From: Octopus sinensis
Taxonomy: Eukaryota
DNA length: 64,000 nucleotides
Direction of reading: 5' to 3'
Assembly: GCF_006345805.1 (NCBI RefSeq)
Contig: NC_043013.1
Span: 50,778,001 to 50,842,000, forward strand
Numbering within the stretch: position 1 is the stretch's first letter; every line of letters starts with the position of its first letter. Below are positions 1-12,108 of the stretch, piece by piece. The notes below the pieces were generated by a model, which was given only the letters and a program-made list of their open reading frames with translations, did no database searches and had not been told where the DNA came from. The position numbers were made by a program, and so were the translations under genes.

Positions 1-882
1 GGGCCATGGTTTATGGCCTGACTAGTCTTGCCGGGTCTTCGGAAGTGTTTTTATGTGCCACCGACACAGGTGCTAGATGAGGCTGGCGAACGGCCACGAC
101 CGGATGGTGTTTGTTATGTGCCCACAGCACGATGGCCAGTGATGCGGTACTGACTACGGCCATGTTCGGATGGATTCTTGTGTGCCACCGGCACTGGTAC
201 ACAAGCGGTACTGACTACTTTTTATGTGCCACCGACACAGGTGCTAGATGAGGCTGACGAACGGCCACGACCGGATGGTGTTTGTTATGTGCCCACAGCA
301 CGATGGCGAGTGATGCGGTACTGACTACGGCCACGTTCGGATGGATTCTTGTGTGCCACCGGCACTGGTACCACAAGCGGTACTGACTACGGCCACGTTC
401 GGATGGATTCTTGTGTGCCACCGGCACTGGTACCACAAGGATACAAATTCCATTGATGTTCATCTATTTTGATCTGTTTTGATTTGATTTGATTTTCACT
501 TGCCTCAGCAGGTCTTCACAAGTGTCACAAGAAGGAAGGTATGTACAGGTGGACTGACTACGTCCCAGGTAGGGCCCACGGGTTATGACCTGACTAGTCT
601 TGCCGGGTCTTCGGATGGTGTTTTTATGTGCCACCATGTTCCCACAGCACGGAGGCCAGTCGATGCGGTACTGGCTACGGCCACGTTCGGATGGTTTTCT
701 TGTGTGCCACAGGCACTGGTACCACAAAGATACAAATTCCATTGATGTTCATCTATTTTGATTGATTTTCACTTGCCTCAGCAGGTCTTCACAAGTGTCA
801 CAAGAAGGAAGGTATGCACAGGTGGATCGACTACGTCCCAGGTAGGGGCCACGGGATATGGCCTGACTAGTCCTCCGGGTCC
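1..882 (-). repeat. Tandemly reiterated 3' region of the RTE LINE (about 290-bp unit, about 3 copies, with nested 171-bp and 62-bp duplications); continues off the window
   Basis: Block GATACAAATTCCATTGATGTTCATCTATTTTGAT...CCTGACTAGTC recurs from about 439 and 727, and its right end recurs at 11-45. 47-217 repeats at about 218-390; 316-377 repeats at 378-438. Confidence 0.85.
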
Positions 883-3728
883 TCTCATGCACAGCACACT
901 TCCATAGGACTCGGTCTTCAGTCATTTCCTTGGTGAGACCTAAAGTTCGAAGGTCGTGCTTCACCACCTCGTCCCAGTTTTCCTGGGTCTACCTCTTCCA
1001 CAGGTTCCCTCACTGCTAGGGTGTAGCACTTTTGCACACAACTATCTTCAGCCATTCTCGTCACATGACCATACCAGCGCAGCCGTCTCTCTTGCACACC
1101 ACAACTGACACTTCTTAGGTTCAACTTTTCTCTCAAAGTACTTACACTCTGACGATTATGAACACTGACATACACATCCATCGGAGCATACTGGCTTCAT
1201 TTCTTGCAAGCTTACGCATATCCTCAGCTGTCACGGCCCATGTTTCACTACCATGTAGCATGGCTGTACGTACACACGCATCATATAGTCTGCCTTTTAC
1301 TCTTAGCGAGAGGCCTTTTGTCACCAGCAGGGGTAAGAGCTCTCTTACTCTAGCAGTTACACTTTCAGCACACCCACCCCCGCTACTGACTTGGTCTCCT
1401 AGGTAGCGGAAGCTATCAACTACTTCTAGTTTGTCTCCCTGGAACGTGGTAGAAGTTGGTCTCTGCACATTTCCAGTGTTTATTTCTCCTGAGCATCTGC
1501 CACAGACAAAAACTATTTTCTTAGTTAGCCTTCCTTTGACATTGCTGCACCTCTTATGTGTCCATAGCTTACACTTGTGCACCTTATAGAGTTTCTACCT
1601 ACACACTTTTTTACAGATCGAGCAGGGCCATCTACCTGAAGTCGTTTGTGGTTGGTCCACCTTCCTACTTATTAGGACTTTGGTTTTGGCTAGGTTGATT
1701 CTAAGGCCCTTCGATTCTAATCCTTGTTTCCACACCTGAACTTCTCCTCCAGTTCTGATAGTGACTCAGCAATTAGAGCAAGGTCATCAGCATATAGGAG
1801 CTCCCAGGGGCATCCTGTCTTAAATTCTTCCGTTATTGCCTGGAGGACTATGATAAATAGGAGGGGGCTGAGGACTGAACCTTGGTGGACCCCAACCTCT
1901 ACCCGGAATTCTTCACTGTACTCGTTGCCAACCCTCACCTTACTAGCTGCGTCTCTGTACATGGCTCGTACAGCTCTCACTAACCATTCATCTATCCCTA
2001 GTTTCCTCATTGACCACCAGATAAGGGATCGGGGGACCCTGTCAAAGGCTTTCTCTAAGTCAACAAAAGCCAGGTACAAGGGCTTACCTTTGGCTAGGTA
2101 TTCTCCTGCAGCTGTCTTACCAGGAATATAGCATCAGTAGTACTTTTCCCTGGCACGAACCCAAACTGCATATCATCTAAGCTAACTCTCTCTCTAATTA
2201 ACTGGGCTATAACCCTCTCCGTAACCTTCTTTACCTGATCCAACAGCTTGATGCCCCTGTAGTTATTTGTATCTAGGGCATCGCCTTTACCTTTGTAGCA
2301 GTTGACTATTATGCTGCTACACCAGTCATTGGGTATGAGTCCTTCGTGTATCACCTGGTTAACTATACGGGTGACTATGCTATAGCCGACACTACCAGAT
2401 ATTTTGAGCATCTCTGCAGTAATTCCTGATGGGCCTGGGGCTTTCCCTGTCTTCATGCTTCTAATTGCCTTAGCTACCACGGAACTATCAACTCGGATAG
2501 CTGGTCCCTTTGTTGGGTCAACATTCGGCAGACTCTCTTTATCCCATTCATTTTCCTCATTCAGCAAACTTTCATAGTGGCGTCTCCAAGCTTCTCTCTT
2601 TGCATCCTCATTTAGCGCAAGTGAACCATCCTCCGCGAACACATTTCTCTACCACATCTCGATTCTCTCTCACACACTGTCTTGCAACACGAAATACCTC
2701 AAGTCTTTCATCCTCACGGCGCAGGACATTGGCAAATTTTCTTTTATCTGCTTCCCCTCTGGCTAGATAGACCTGTCTCCTAGCTTCCCTTCTGGCAGTC
2801 TGATACACTTCCCTGCTACCACCGTTCTTCCAGGCCTTCCAAGCCTGTTTCTTTTGTCTAATAGCCCTATCAACAATATTGTTCCACCACCATGTTATTT
2901 TGGGTCTTAAGGGGACTTTGCACCAGCCACAGATCTGGTCAGCGGCTTTCAGCAGGTTGTCCCTCAGAAACGTCCAGTTGTCTTCTACCCCATGTGTAGC
3001 TATACCCCCTTCCACTTCGTCAAAGGCTTCAAGTAACATATCTCTAAATCTCTGTCCATTCGCAGGGTCTTTAAGCTTCCAGACCCTTCTTCTCCATGTT
3101 GGTCGTCTTCTAGTCGCCCTCTTAGTCCTGATCCTAAAGTCACTAACTACCAGTCTATGTTGTGGGGTGCATTCTTCGCCTGGGAAGGTTTTGGCATTTA
3201 TAAGCAGCCATCTTTCCCTTTTTCTGGCGAGGATGTAGTCGATTTGGCTAGTATGCCGGCCCGATCGTAGGTGACCAGGTGGCTTGTTGGTTTCCTGAAG
3301 TTAGTGTTGCAGATCATAAGACTATTCGCATCGCAGAACTCCAGCAGCCTGGTTCCCTCCTCGTTGCGGGAACCATAACCGTAGCCTCCATGCACGCCAT
3401 GGAAGCCCCCAGCATGTCGTCCAACATGCCATTGAAATCACCAGCCACAAAGAGAAGGTCCCTGTCGTTCGTCAATGAGGTGGTCTGCAGTAGGGTGTCA
3501 TAGAAACTGTCTTCTGTCCATCGGGTAGCCCTGGCTGAGGGGCATAGGCCGATATAATGGTTGCTAATCTATTATGAAGCACTATTCTAATCTTAAGTAT
3601 TCTGTCACTTACTCTGATTACCTCAATTACTCTATCTATCCATTTCTCAGCGATAAGTATACCCACGCCACCAACCCCGTCAGTGTTCCCTGCCCAGAAA
3701 ATCTTGTACCTGTTTTCCTTGCCTGTGA
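880..3728 (-). mobile_element. 5'-truncated RTE-clade non-LTR retrotransposon ORF (APE endonuclease + RT + PHD-like finger), broken by multiple frameshifts
   Basis: Consecutive minus-strand ORF pieces give APE motifs (VSDRILKIRI, IISAYAPQ, GYGSRNEEGTRLLEFCD), RT motifs (YRGIKLL, QFGF.PGKSTTDAIF, AFVDLEKAFDRVP, GVHQGSVLSPLLF, LLYADDL, FRYLG) and the RTE C-terminus (RRLRWYGHVTRM). 5' end stops at a (TA)n tract near 3728. Confidence 0.95.
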
Positions 3729-4041
3729 GATATATATATATCTATAAAGACATAAATACAAACATATGTGTATATACATGTATTTGTGTACATGTATTTA
3801 CATACACACACACACACATATGCACACACATGTATATTTACATATACTCACATTGGCGTTCATTGGCACCAGGTCCATCAGAAGTTGTTTATATGATAAC
3901 ATTGTAAAATATGCAAGTTTCATTTGTGACAGCCAAATAAATTTACCGTTTCCCAATTCAGGAGTAATGTATTTCACATGATATCGTTCTGGGGCATTTA
4001 GCTACTGTTTCTTGCAGGCCAAGTGGTCAAGTGACCAAACA

Positions 4042-4464
4042 GACATTGGGGTAAAATATACGAAACCCAGTACACCCATCATGACTACCCGTCTGATAAG
4101 GTTACACCAAGCACATGCATCACAACCATATGTGCACGACATGATGACTTCATATCAAGATAAAGAGTGCATGAGGGCCCTGTTATAATTTTCTTGAGGT
4201 CATGTAGCACATCCCGCTCAAAAGGTCCCTGAATAAGGGTTGATTAAGGATGTTGAACGAAACACCCATGTTTCCAGAGGTGAATTATCCAAACCCCCAA
4301 AGAATCCCTCTCAACACATGGCTATGATGCTCCCCAACTACTTCTGCTTGTGATCAGAGATGCACATATCGTCAGCCACTAAAAGACATGCTCAACTGGT
4401 TAAGCTCAAACAACTGACAAGCAAATCTGTGGTATTGAGCAGAATATTTGCTGTAGCCCATCTA

Positions 4465-4465
<1 letters not shown>
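4042..4465. mobile_element. Partial copy of a ~600-bp interspersed repeat (family D; SINE or non-autonomous retroelement)
   Basis: Same sequence at 57055-57605 and, inverted, at 12922-13335 and 16045-16600 (CCCATCATGACTACCCGTCTGATAAGG ... GAGCAGAATATTTGCTGTAGC). Confidence 0.8.
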
Positions 4466-4522
<57 letters not shown>

Positions 4523-5513
4523 AGGGGTGTTGGATTTGCAGATTTATTTGTAATTTATACGAAATTCCTTACAGTATTTGAATCTGTCACTCTACATTCT
4601 GGGTTCAAATTCCAACAAGGTGTTCCTTATCAGGTCACTGAAATAAGATACCAGTCACATACTCAGGTAGATGTAATTGATTATCTGCCCCCCCCCCATC
4701 ATATATACTTAAATTCACGGCCTGAAAGTGTAGCAGCTGGGTATATCTTTTGTTAGAATACTTCATGAAGACACCATTTCCTTCATATCTCTCAAGTTGA
4801 AAGTCAGATTCTATTATGATTTCTCTGTGAGATTAGCATCGCAAGTTCATGTGGTAACTACTGTCAATTTGACTTAAATCCATTCCGATCACTGAACAAG
4901 TCAAGTCTTAGATTCCAATGTCAAAGTTATTGAATCTAAAACAAGTTCCAAATAATGGTAAGAAGTTAGTGTGATATAATGGATATTGTTTAATCTGCAG
5001 CAGAATTCTGCCATGTTGGCATGACAAAATTCAATGTAATCTTCCTAAATATGGCAAACTCTATATTCTTTAATAACGTTGCTTAGTGCTTCATATCCAT
5101 TTTCTCATAGTAACAGAGGCTTGGCGTCATTTTTGATTTTGCATTTTCATATTGTTAGGTCAAATAGTTGCGGCATCAGATATTTCTCTCTTGGAGATAA
5201 AACACCAAATCTAGAAAGGCAAATGGTAACTGTTGTTAGCTAAAAGTAATATGTCATATGTAGGGGTTTGCTAGATTTGAACCTAGGATGTTATGGTTCA
5301 CCACATTAATGTTATAGCTATTAGGGTAATCGGTATTAGTGACATACACAATAACAAGGTTTGGTGTGTGTGTGAGTGTGTATGTGTGTGTGTGTGCGTT
5401 TCTGCTGCTTCTTTGCAAGATGATGAAAGACTACAACAAATAGACGCAGTGTGTTATAAGACATATATAAAACAAGAGAATATGAAAACACAGATGTAAA
5501 ATAATGATGATAC

Positions 5514-5540
<27 letters not shown>

Positions 5541-5547
<7 letters not shown>

Positions 5548-5725
5548 GTATGTGTATATATATAGTTAGAATTTACAAAAAAACAAAAGACAAAGACGGG
5601 TGTGTAAACAACAAACAGATGTATTAGTTTAACACTCGAGAAGTGAGAAAGTCTTTTACGTTTCGAGCTTACGCTCTTTGACAGAAAGGAACACAAAACT
5701 AGAAAAAGATTTAGTGGCTAGTGAG
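5541..5725 (-). mobile_element. Penelope-like terminal fragment (family E) with a variant hammerhead motif
   Basis: Homologous to 36845-37030 and 53345-53520; embedded in (TA)n; minus strand carries a hammerhead-like fold at 5653-5688. PLE assignment is inferred. Confidence 0.55.
5653..5688 (-). ncRNA. Minimal type I hammerhead-like motif with non-canonical core (family E)
   Basis: Minus strand reads CUUU CUGUCAA A GAGC-GUAA-GCUC GAAA C GUA^AAAG: stem I CUUU/AAAG, stem II GAGC/GCUC with GNRA loop, palindromic ACGU stem III. Core deviates from CUGANGA. Confidence 0.45.
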
Positions 5726-5745
5726 ATATATATATATGTGTGTGT

Positions 5746-5822
5746 AAATCAAAATATGCAACAAGGATATCCAGAAGTATATCTGCATTATCTCTGGATA
5801 TCCTTGTTGCTTATTTTGATTT
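5746..5822. repeat. 77-bp inverted repeat (30-bp arms, 29/30 match, 17-nt loop)
   Basis: AAATCAAAATATGCAACAAGGATATCCAGA ... TCTGGATATCCTTGTTGCTTATTTTGATTT. Confidence 0.9.
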
Positions 5823-5902
5823 TAATCACCTTACTTTGAATTTGTATGGATAATACCATACTAAATCCTGGTGCCACAACTTAAGTACCATATTCATCTG
5901 AA

Positions 5903-5962
<60 letters not shown>

Positions 5963-5967
5963 TATAT

Positions 5968-6280
5968 TAGGTATGATGACGAGGGTTCCAGTTGATCCGA
6001 TCAATGGAACAACCTGCTCATGAAATTAACGTGCAAGTGGTGGAGTACTCCACGGACATTTGTACCCTAAATGTAGTTCTCAGGGGGATTCAGCAGGACA
6101 TAGAATGTCACAAGGCTGACCCCTTTGAGGCTCAGATACTACTCATTTTGCCAGCTGAGTGAACTGGAGCAATGTGAGATGAAGTGTCTTGCTCAAGGAC
6201 ACAATGTTTTGCTGGGAATTGAACTCACGACTTTATGATCATGAGTTGAATACCCTAACCACTAAACCACATGCTTTCAT
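5968..6280 (-). mobile_element. tRNA-headed SINE (family C)
   Basis: Minus-strand head with A-box-like GGTTTAGTGG and B-box-like GAGTTCAATTCC; body matches 38870-39185 and 58395-58770. Confidence 0.8.
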
Positions 6281-6299
6281 ACACAAACACACATATATA

Positions 6300-6731
6300 G
6301 GGATACATGTATACATGTATTTTTATATGTATCTGTAGATATATATACATGTGTGTGTATATATCTGTATCAATATATTTATATAGCCTTATCTCCCTCT
6401 CTCCCTCTCTCTCTCTCTCTCCTCTCTCTCTATATATATATATATATATATTATATGTATATATATATGTATATATATATTATATATATGTATATATATA
6501 TATATAGATATATATATATATAGTATATATATGTATATGTATATATAATATATATATATGTATATGTATATATGTATATATATATTATATATGTATATAT
6601 GTATATATATATATATGTATATATAATATATATATATATATGTATATATGTATATATATATATATGTTATATGTATATATATTATTATATGTATATATGT
6701 ATATGTATATATATAATGTATATGTATATAT

Positions 6732-6762
<31 letters not shown>

Positions 6763-7012
6763 ATATATGTATATGTATATATAATATATATGTATATATG
6801 TATATATGTATATATTATATGTATATATATATATATGTGCATATATATATATGTTATATATATGTGCATATATATATATATATGTATATATATATGCATA
6901 TATATATATGTATATATGTGCATATATATATATATATGTGCATAATATATATGTATATATATGTGCATATATATATATGTATATATAATGTGCATATATA
7001 TATATATATATA

Positions 7013-7057
<45 letters not shown>

Positions 7058-7110
7058 ATATATGTATATATGTATATATATATGTATGTACACACACACA
7101 CACACACAGA
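6300..7110. repeat. Long imperfect (TA)n/(TATG)n microsatellite ending in (CA)n
   Basis: Directly visible; source of the Y/I-rich ORFs. A second tract lies at about 7350-7680. Confidence 0.98.
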
Positions 7111-7600
7111 TATATATCCCCCGATTTTTAATTAATTTGCTTTGCGGGAAGGACTGTTTTAACGAAGTCGTGTCTTGTCCTTACCTTCAAAACGTGGAGT
7201 AGACAAAACAGGGACAACTGAAGAAGGGGAATATTCCTTGTGTTGTATGTCTTGTACTTTGTTTTTTCGTTGTTTGAAAAAAAAAGTTCGTTTCTATGTT
7301 TTTGTTTTTATGTTTTCGTTTCTCATTGTGTTCAACGTTTTTTTTTAATTTCCTCTACCCATATATGCATGTATATATACATATAGATGTAGGTATGTAC
7401 ATATATGTATGTATATATGTATATATTTATATATTATTTCTATTATTATATGTATATATATGTATTTGTATATATATATATATGTATGTATATATGTATA
7501 TATGTATATCTATGTATGTATATGTGTATATATATGTATATATATATATAAGTATATGTATATTATGCAAATGTATATATATAAATACATACACACAATC

Positions 7601-7640
<40 letters not shown>

Positions 7641-8080
7641 GCAATCACATACACACATATACATATAAGACACACACACGTCTCTATTCATCACTTGTTT
7701 TTCTTAGTGTTTCTCCATTCATTGTTGAGAATAATTAATATTATAATTGGATCTGTTGGAACACCATTGTCTGCATATGTATACACACACACACACACGC
7801 GTGTACATGTGTTCATTGTCTGCATATATATATACACACGTATGCATGTATACACCTGACTCCGCACATGCTCACACACACACACACACCCATTTATCTA
7901 TATACACACACTCACATAGCGGAATATATTAATAAATGTGAATTATTTATTTTCTCTTTTAAACAAGCCTATATTAAAATACTATAGAGCTGCTGCTGTG
8001 TGTGTGTATTTTATATTTGTGTGAGGGAGATTGTGTGCATGCACGTCTGTTCTATGTATGTGTTTGTGTTTCCCCACTAT

Positions 8081-8505
8081 ACTCTTTACTCTTTTACTCT
8101 TTTACTTGTTTCAGTCATTTGACTGTGGCCATGCTGGATCACCGCCTTTAGTCGAGCAAATCAACCCTGGGACTTATTCTTTGTAAACCCAGTACTTATT
8201 CTATCGGTCTCTTTTTGGCGAACTGCTAAGTGACGGGGATGTAAACACACCAGCATCGGTTGTCAAGCAATGCTAGGGGGACAAACACAAACACACAAAC
8301 ACACACACATACACACACACATATATATACATACATATATATGACAGGCTTCTTTCAGTTTCCGTCTACCAAATCCACTCACAAGGCATTGGTTGGCCCG
8401 GGGCTATAGCAGAAGACACTTGCCCAAGATGCCACGCAGTGTGACTGAACCCGGAACCATGTGGTTGGTTAGCAAGCTACCTACCACACAGCCACTCCTG
8501 CGCCT
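8081..8505 (-). mobile_element. Full-length tRNA-headed SINE (family A) with internal (CA/TA)n and (GTAAAAGA)n tail
   Basis: Minus head GGCGCAGGAGTGGCTGTGTGGTAG...GGTTCAGTCACACTGC; many homologous copies in the window. Confidence 0.85.
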
Positions 8506-8827
8506 GTACTTATTCTATGTATGCGTTTATATATATCATGTATCTGTCTTCTAACTTGTGTTTTTGCTCTAAGTTAGTATGTTTGTGTATATCAAAAGTA
8601 ATACTATTGGCGTGTGTATGCGTGTACGTGTGTGTATGTGTGTATTCATAAGTATGTGTTCGTCATATATCCTCCAAACAGGATTACACATCCAGCCTTA
8701 AATTTGTCATCTAAGGAACCCTAATAATTGGCTGACGATAATCATCAGCGGATTTAGATTTTTGTCCTTAATCTTCTACTCCAATGGTGAGTACTGTTGA
8801 CCATAAGGTCAATTACAGGGGGGAGCC

Positions 8828-9005
8828 TTCACTCGTTTGACTGTGGCTAGGCTGGAGCGTCTAACCTTAATGGGTATTAGTTGCAGAAATCGATCCCAGG
8901 ACTTGTTTGTTATAAGCCTTGTACTTATTCTATCAGTCTCTTTTGCCGAACCACTAAGTTATGGGGACAAACTCACCAGTATTGGTTATCAAGCAATGGC
9001 AGGGA

Positions 9006-9041
<36 letters not shown>

Positions 9042-9670
9042 TACACACACACACACACATAATCTCTCTCTCTCACACACAGACATACACACACTCACAC
9101 ACACACACACACAATCTATATCTCTCTCACACAGACATACACACACACTCACACACACACACACACACACACACAAATATATACATATGTTGTTTTATTC
9201 TTTTACTTGTTTCGGTCATTTGACTGTGGCCATGCTGTAGCATCACCTTTCAGTCGAACAAATCAGCCCTAGGACTTACTCTTTGCAAGCCTAGTACTTA
9301 TTCTATCGGTCTCTTTTGCCAAACTGCTAATTTACAGGGATGTAAACACACCAACATCGGCTGTCAAGCAATGGTGGTGGTGGTGGTGGGTCAAACACAG
9401 AGACACAAATACATACGAAATATATAAATATATACGCATATATATATATGATGGGCATCTTTTAGTTTCCATCTAGCAAATCTACTCACATGGCTCTGGT
9501 TGGCCCAAGGCTATAGTAGAAGATACTTGCCCAAGATGCCGATGGGCTTCTTCCAGTTTCCATCTAATAAATCCATTCACAAAGCTTTGGTCAGCCCGAG
9601 GTTATAGTAGAAGACACTTGGCCAAGGTGCCACGCAATGGGACTGAACCCAGAACCATGTGGTTGGGAAG
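8828..9670 (-). mobile_element. Two adjacent partial family A SINE copies separated by (CA)n
   Basis: AGTACTTATTCTATC.GTCTCTTTTGCC and GAAGACACTTG.CCAAG.TGCC blocks match 8081-8505. Confidence 0.75.
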
Positions 9671-9690
9671 CATCTATGTGTATATATATA

Positions 9691-9914
9691 TATGACTGCC
9701 CTCACTGCCGAAACAGCTGTCAGAATTGATTTAATTACATATTATATTTGAAATTTTATACTTATATCTCTTTGTCTATTTACTCTTACTGTATATTTTT
9801 TTATAATGCCTTTACTGATATGTAATGGTGTATTAAAGTATTGATTGGGTATCATCTGATAGTTGATGTTTTATTGATTTAAGTATGTTTCTCCATTCTC
9901 TAATTTTGCAGTAT
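9691..9914 (+). mobile_element. 5'-truncated copy of the hammerhead-bearing family B element, between two (TA)n tracts
   Basis: Close match to 36570-36790; starts inside hammerhead stem II and keeps GCC GAAA CAGCT GTC (cleavage triplet ends at 9721). Confidence 0.85.
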
Positions 9915-9931
9915 ATATATATATATATATA

Positions 9932-10233
9932 CTAGCAGTATCGCCCGGCGTTGCTCGGGTTTGTAAGGGAAATAACTATATAAGCATTTTTATAGAGTTA
10001 CTTCCCTTTATAAACCGAGCAAAAAATGCATTAAAAATGTGGGAAAATGATGGTAATTTTTTTTTTAAATCGAGACTCATTGTAGACACGCGTTAATACC
10101 CAGAAGGGCTTGATATGAATCACGACTATAAGATACCCGCTTTTGGTTAAACTGCACCGGAAAATGTGGGAGTAGTTAGGAATCTAAATTGGAGTAGACA
10201 GACACACACACAACTTTAGTTTTATATATATAT
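9932..10233 (-). mobile_element. Non-autonomous Helitron (about 300 bp)
   Basis: Minus-strand 3' end CCCGAGCAACGCCGGG (GC hairpin) then CGATACTG-CTAG|T. 5' part has (AT)n-AAAACTAAAG then (GT)n/GTCT microsatellite. Matches Helitron 3' hairpin + CTRR and insertion before T; the 5' TC is not clearly preserved. Confidence 0.75.
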
Positions 10234-10730
10234 GTGTGTGTGTGTATTATCGTACCCTATACATTTCTTGCAGATGATGGCATTGAGAAATGTATGTGCT
10301 TTTGTACCATAAAGGAAAACAACGCACACATGCACCCAAGTGTGCATGCTCCCACATGCGTGCATACACACACACGTTTGTATACTGATATGAATATGAT
10401 GATAGAAGTTAACTAGAAAATTAGAAATAACACAGGGTAATAGTATTTATGTCCTTGAATACCAACTGTTATTTCCAATTTGCTTGTTCCTAGAAAGTCT
10501 GGAAAATGGATAATATCTCCTGCAAATTTTGCATTTGTTACATTTATTCAAATCTCGAAGAATCCCCCTTGACACATGGCTATGATGCCCCCCCCCCATC
10601 CACTATTCCTGCTTATGGTCAGAGATGCACATATTGTCAGCCACCAAGGCACACGCCCAAGTGGCTAAGGTCAAGCAGATGTGTGATATTGAATGGAATA
10701 TTGGCTGTAACAATATTTCTGCTTCAGCCA

Positions 10731-10936
10731 GGCAGTGAGCTGGCAGAATCGTTAGCATGCTGGGCAAAATGCTTAGCAGTATTTCGTCTGTCTTTAGGTT
10801 CTGAGTTCAAATTCCGGCGAGGTTGAATTTGCTTTTCATCCCTTCGGAGTCGATAAATTAAGTACTGGGGTTGATATAACCAACTGCCCTACCCCCATCC
10901 CCAAAAATTTTGGGCTTTGTGCCTAGAGTAGAAAAG

Positions 10937-10992
<56 letters not shown>

Positions 10993-11516
10993 GGCGGCAA
11001 GCTGGTATAAACGTTAGCCCCCTCCCCCAAAAATTTCAGGCCTTGTGCCTACACTAGAAAAGAATATTCTTGTAAAAGAAGGCAGTGAGCTAGCAGAATT
11101 CTTAGCACACCAGGCGAAATACTTGGCGGTATTTCATCTGCTGTTACGTTCTGAGTTCAAATTCTGCCACGGTCAACTTTGCCTTTCATCCTTTCCGAGT
11201 CGATAAATTAAGTAACAGTTGCGTACTGGGGTCGATGTATTCGACTTAATACCTTTGTCTGTCCTTGTTTGCCCCCCCCCCCCAATGTTTAACCCCTTGT
11301 GGGCAATAAAGAAATAAGAAACGTTAACACACCGGGTGAAATGCTTAGCGGTATTTCATCTGTCTTTATGTTTTGAGTTCAAATTCTGCCAAGGTCGACT
11401 TTTGTCTTTCTTCCTTTCAGGGTCAATGAATTAAGAACCAGTTGTGTAATGGGGTTGATTTAATTGACTGGCTCTCTCCCCACAAATATTTCAGGCCTTG
11501 TACCTAGAGGAGAAAA

Positions 11517-11559
<43 letters not shown>

Positions 11560-11800
11560 GTTGTTAGCATATCAGATGAGCTGTTTAGTGGCACATTCTA
11601 AATGTATGTTCAACCAAGGTTGACTTTGCCTTTCATTCTTTTCGGTGTTGATAAAGCCATGTAAGAACCGAGCCCTGGGGGAGGGGGTTGATGGAATTAA
11701 CTACTCACCTCCCACCTAAACTTGCTGTTCCCTACCTCTCAATAGAATCGATGTAATCGACTTACCCCTCCCCCCGAATTGCTGGCCTTGTGGAAACATT
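10731..11800 (+). mobile_element. Head-to-tail chain of about 5 tRNA-headed SINEs (family B) separated by (ATT)n tails
   Basis: Repeated GGCAG.GAGCTGGCAGAATCGTTAGCA...GAGTTCAAATTC...GCCTTTCATCCTTTC.G.GTCGATAAA...CAGGCCTTGTGCCTA then (ATT)n. Confidence 0.85.
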
Positions 11801-11814
11801 TGAAACGTTATTAT

Positions 11815-12075
11815 AATTATTATGTTTTAGTAGTAGTTGTAGTAGTAGTAATAGTAGTAGTAGTTGTAGTAGCAGTAGCAGCAGTAGCAATAGTAGTAGT
11901 AGTAGTAGTAGTAGCAATAGTAGTAGTAGTAATAGTAGTAGTTGTAGTAGTAGTAGTAGTAATAGTAGTAATAGTAGCAGTAGTAATAGTAGTAGCAGTA
12001 GTAATAGTAGTAGTTGTAGTAGTAGCAGTTGTAACAGTTGTAGTAGTTGGAGCAGCAATAGAAGTAGTAGTAGTT

Positions 12076-12108
<33 letters not shown>

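Noticed and set aside
4740-5260. Unique AT-rich segment with coding-like minus-strand stretches
   Set aside because: Stops in every frame and no recognisable motif; cannot be assigned without a search.
7140-7240. Possible hammerhead remnant (AAGGAC...GTCCTT stem, then AAAACGT; CTGAAGA at about 7218)
   Set aside because: No CUGANGA precedes the stem, GAAA is mutated, and the downstream CTGAAGA has no following GAAAC.
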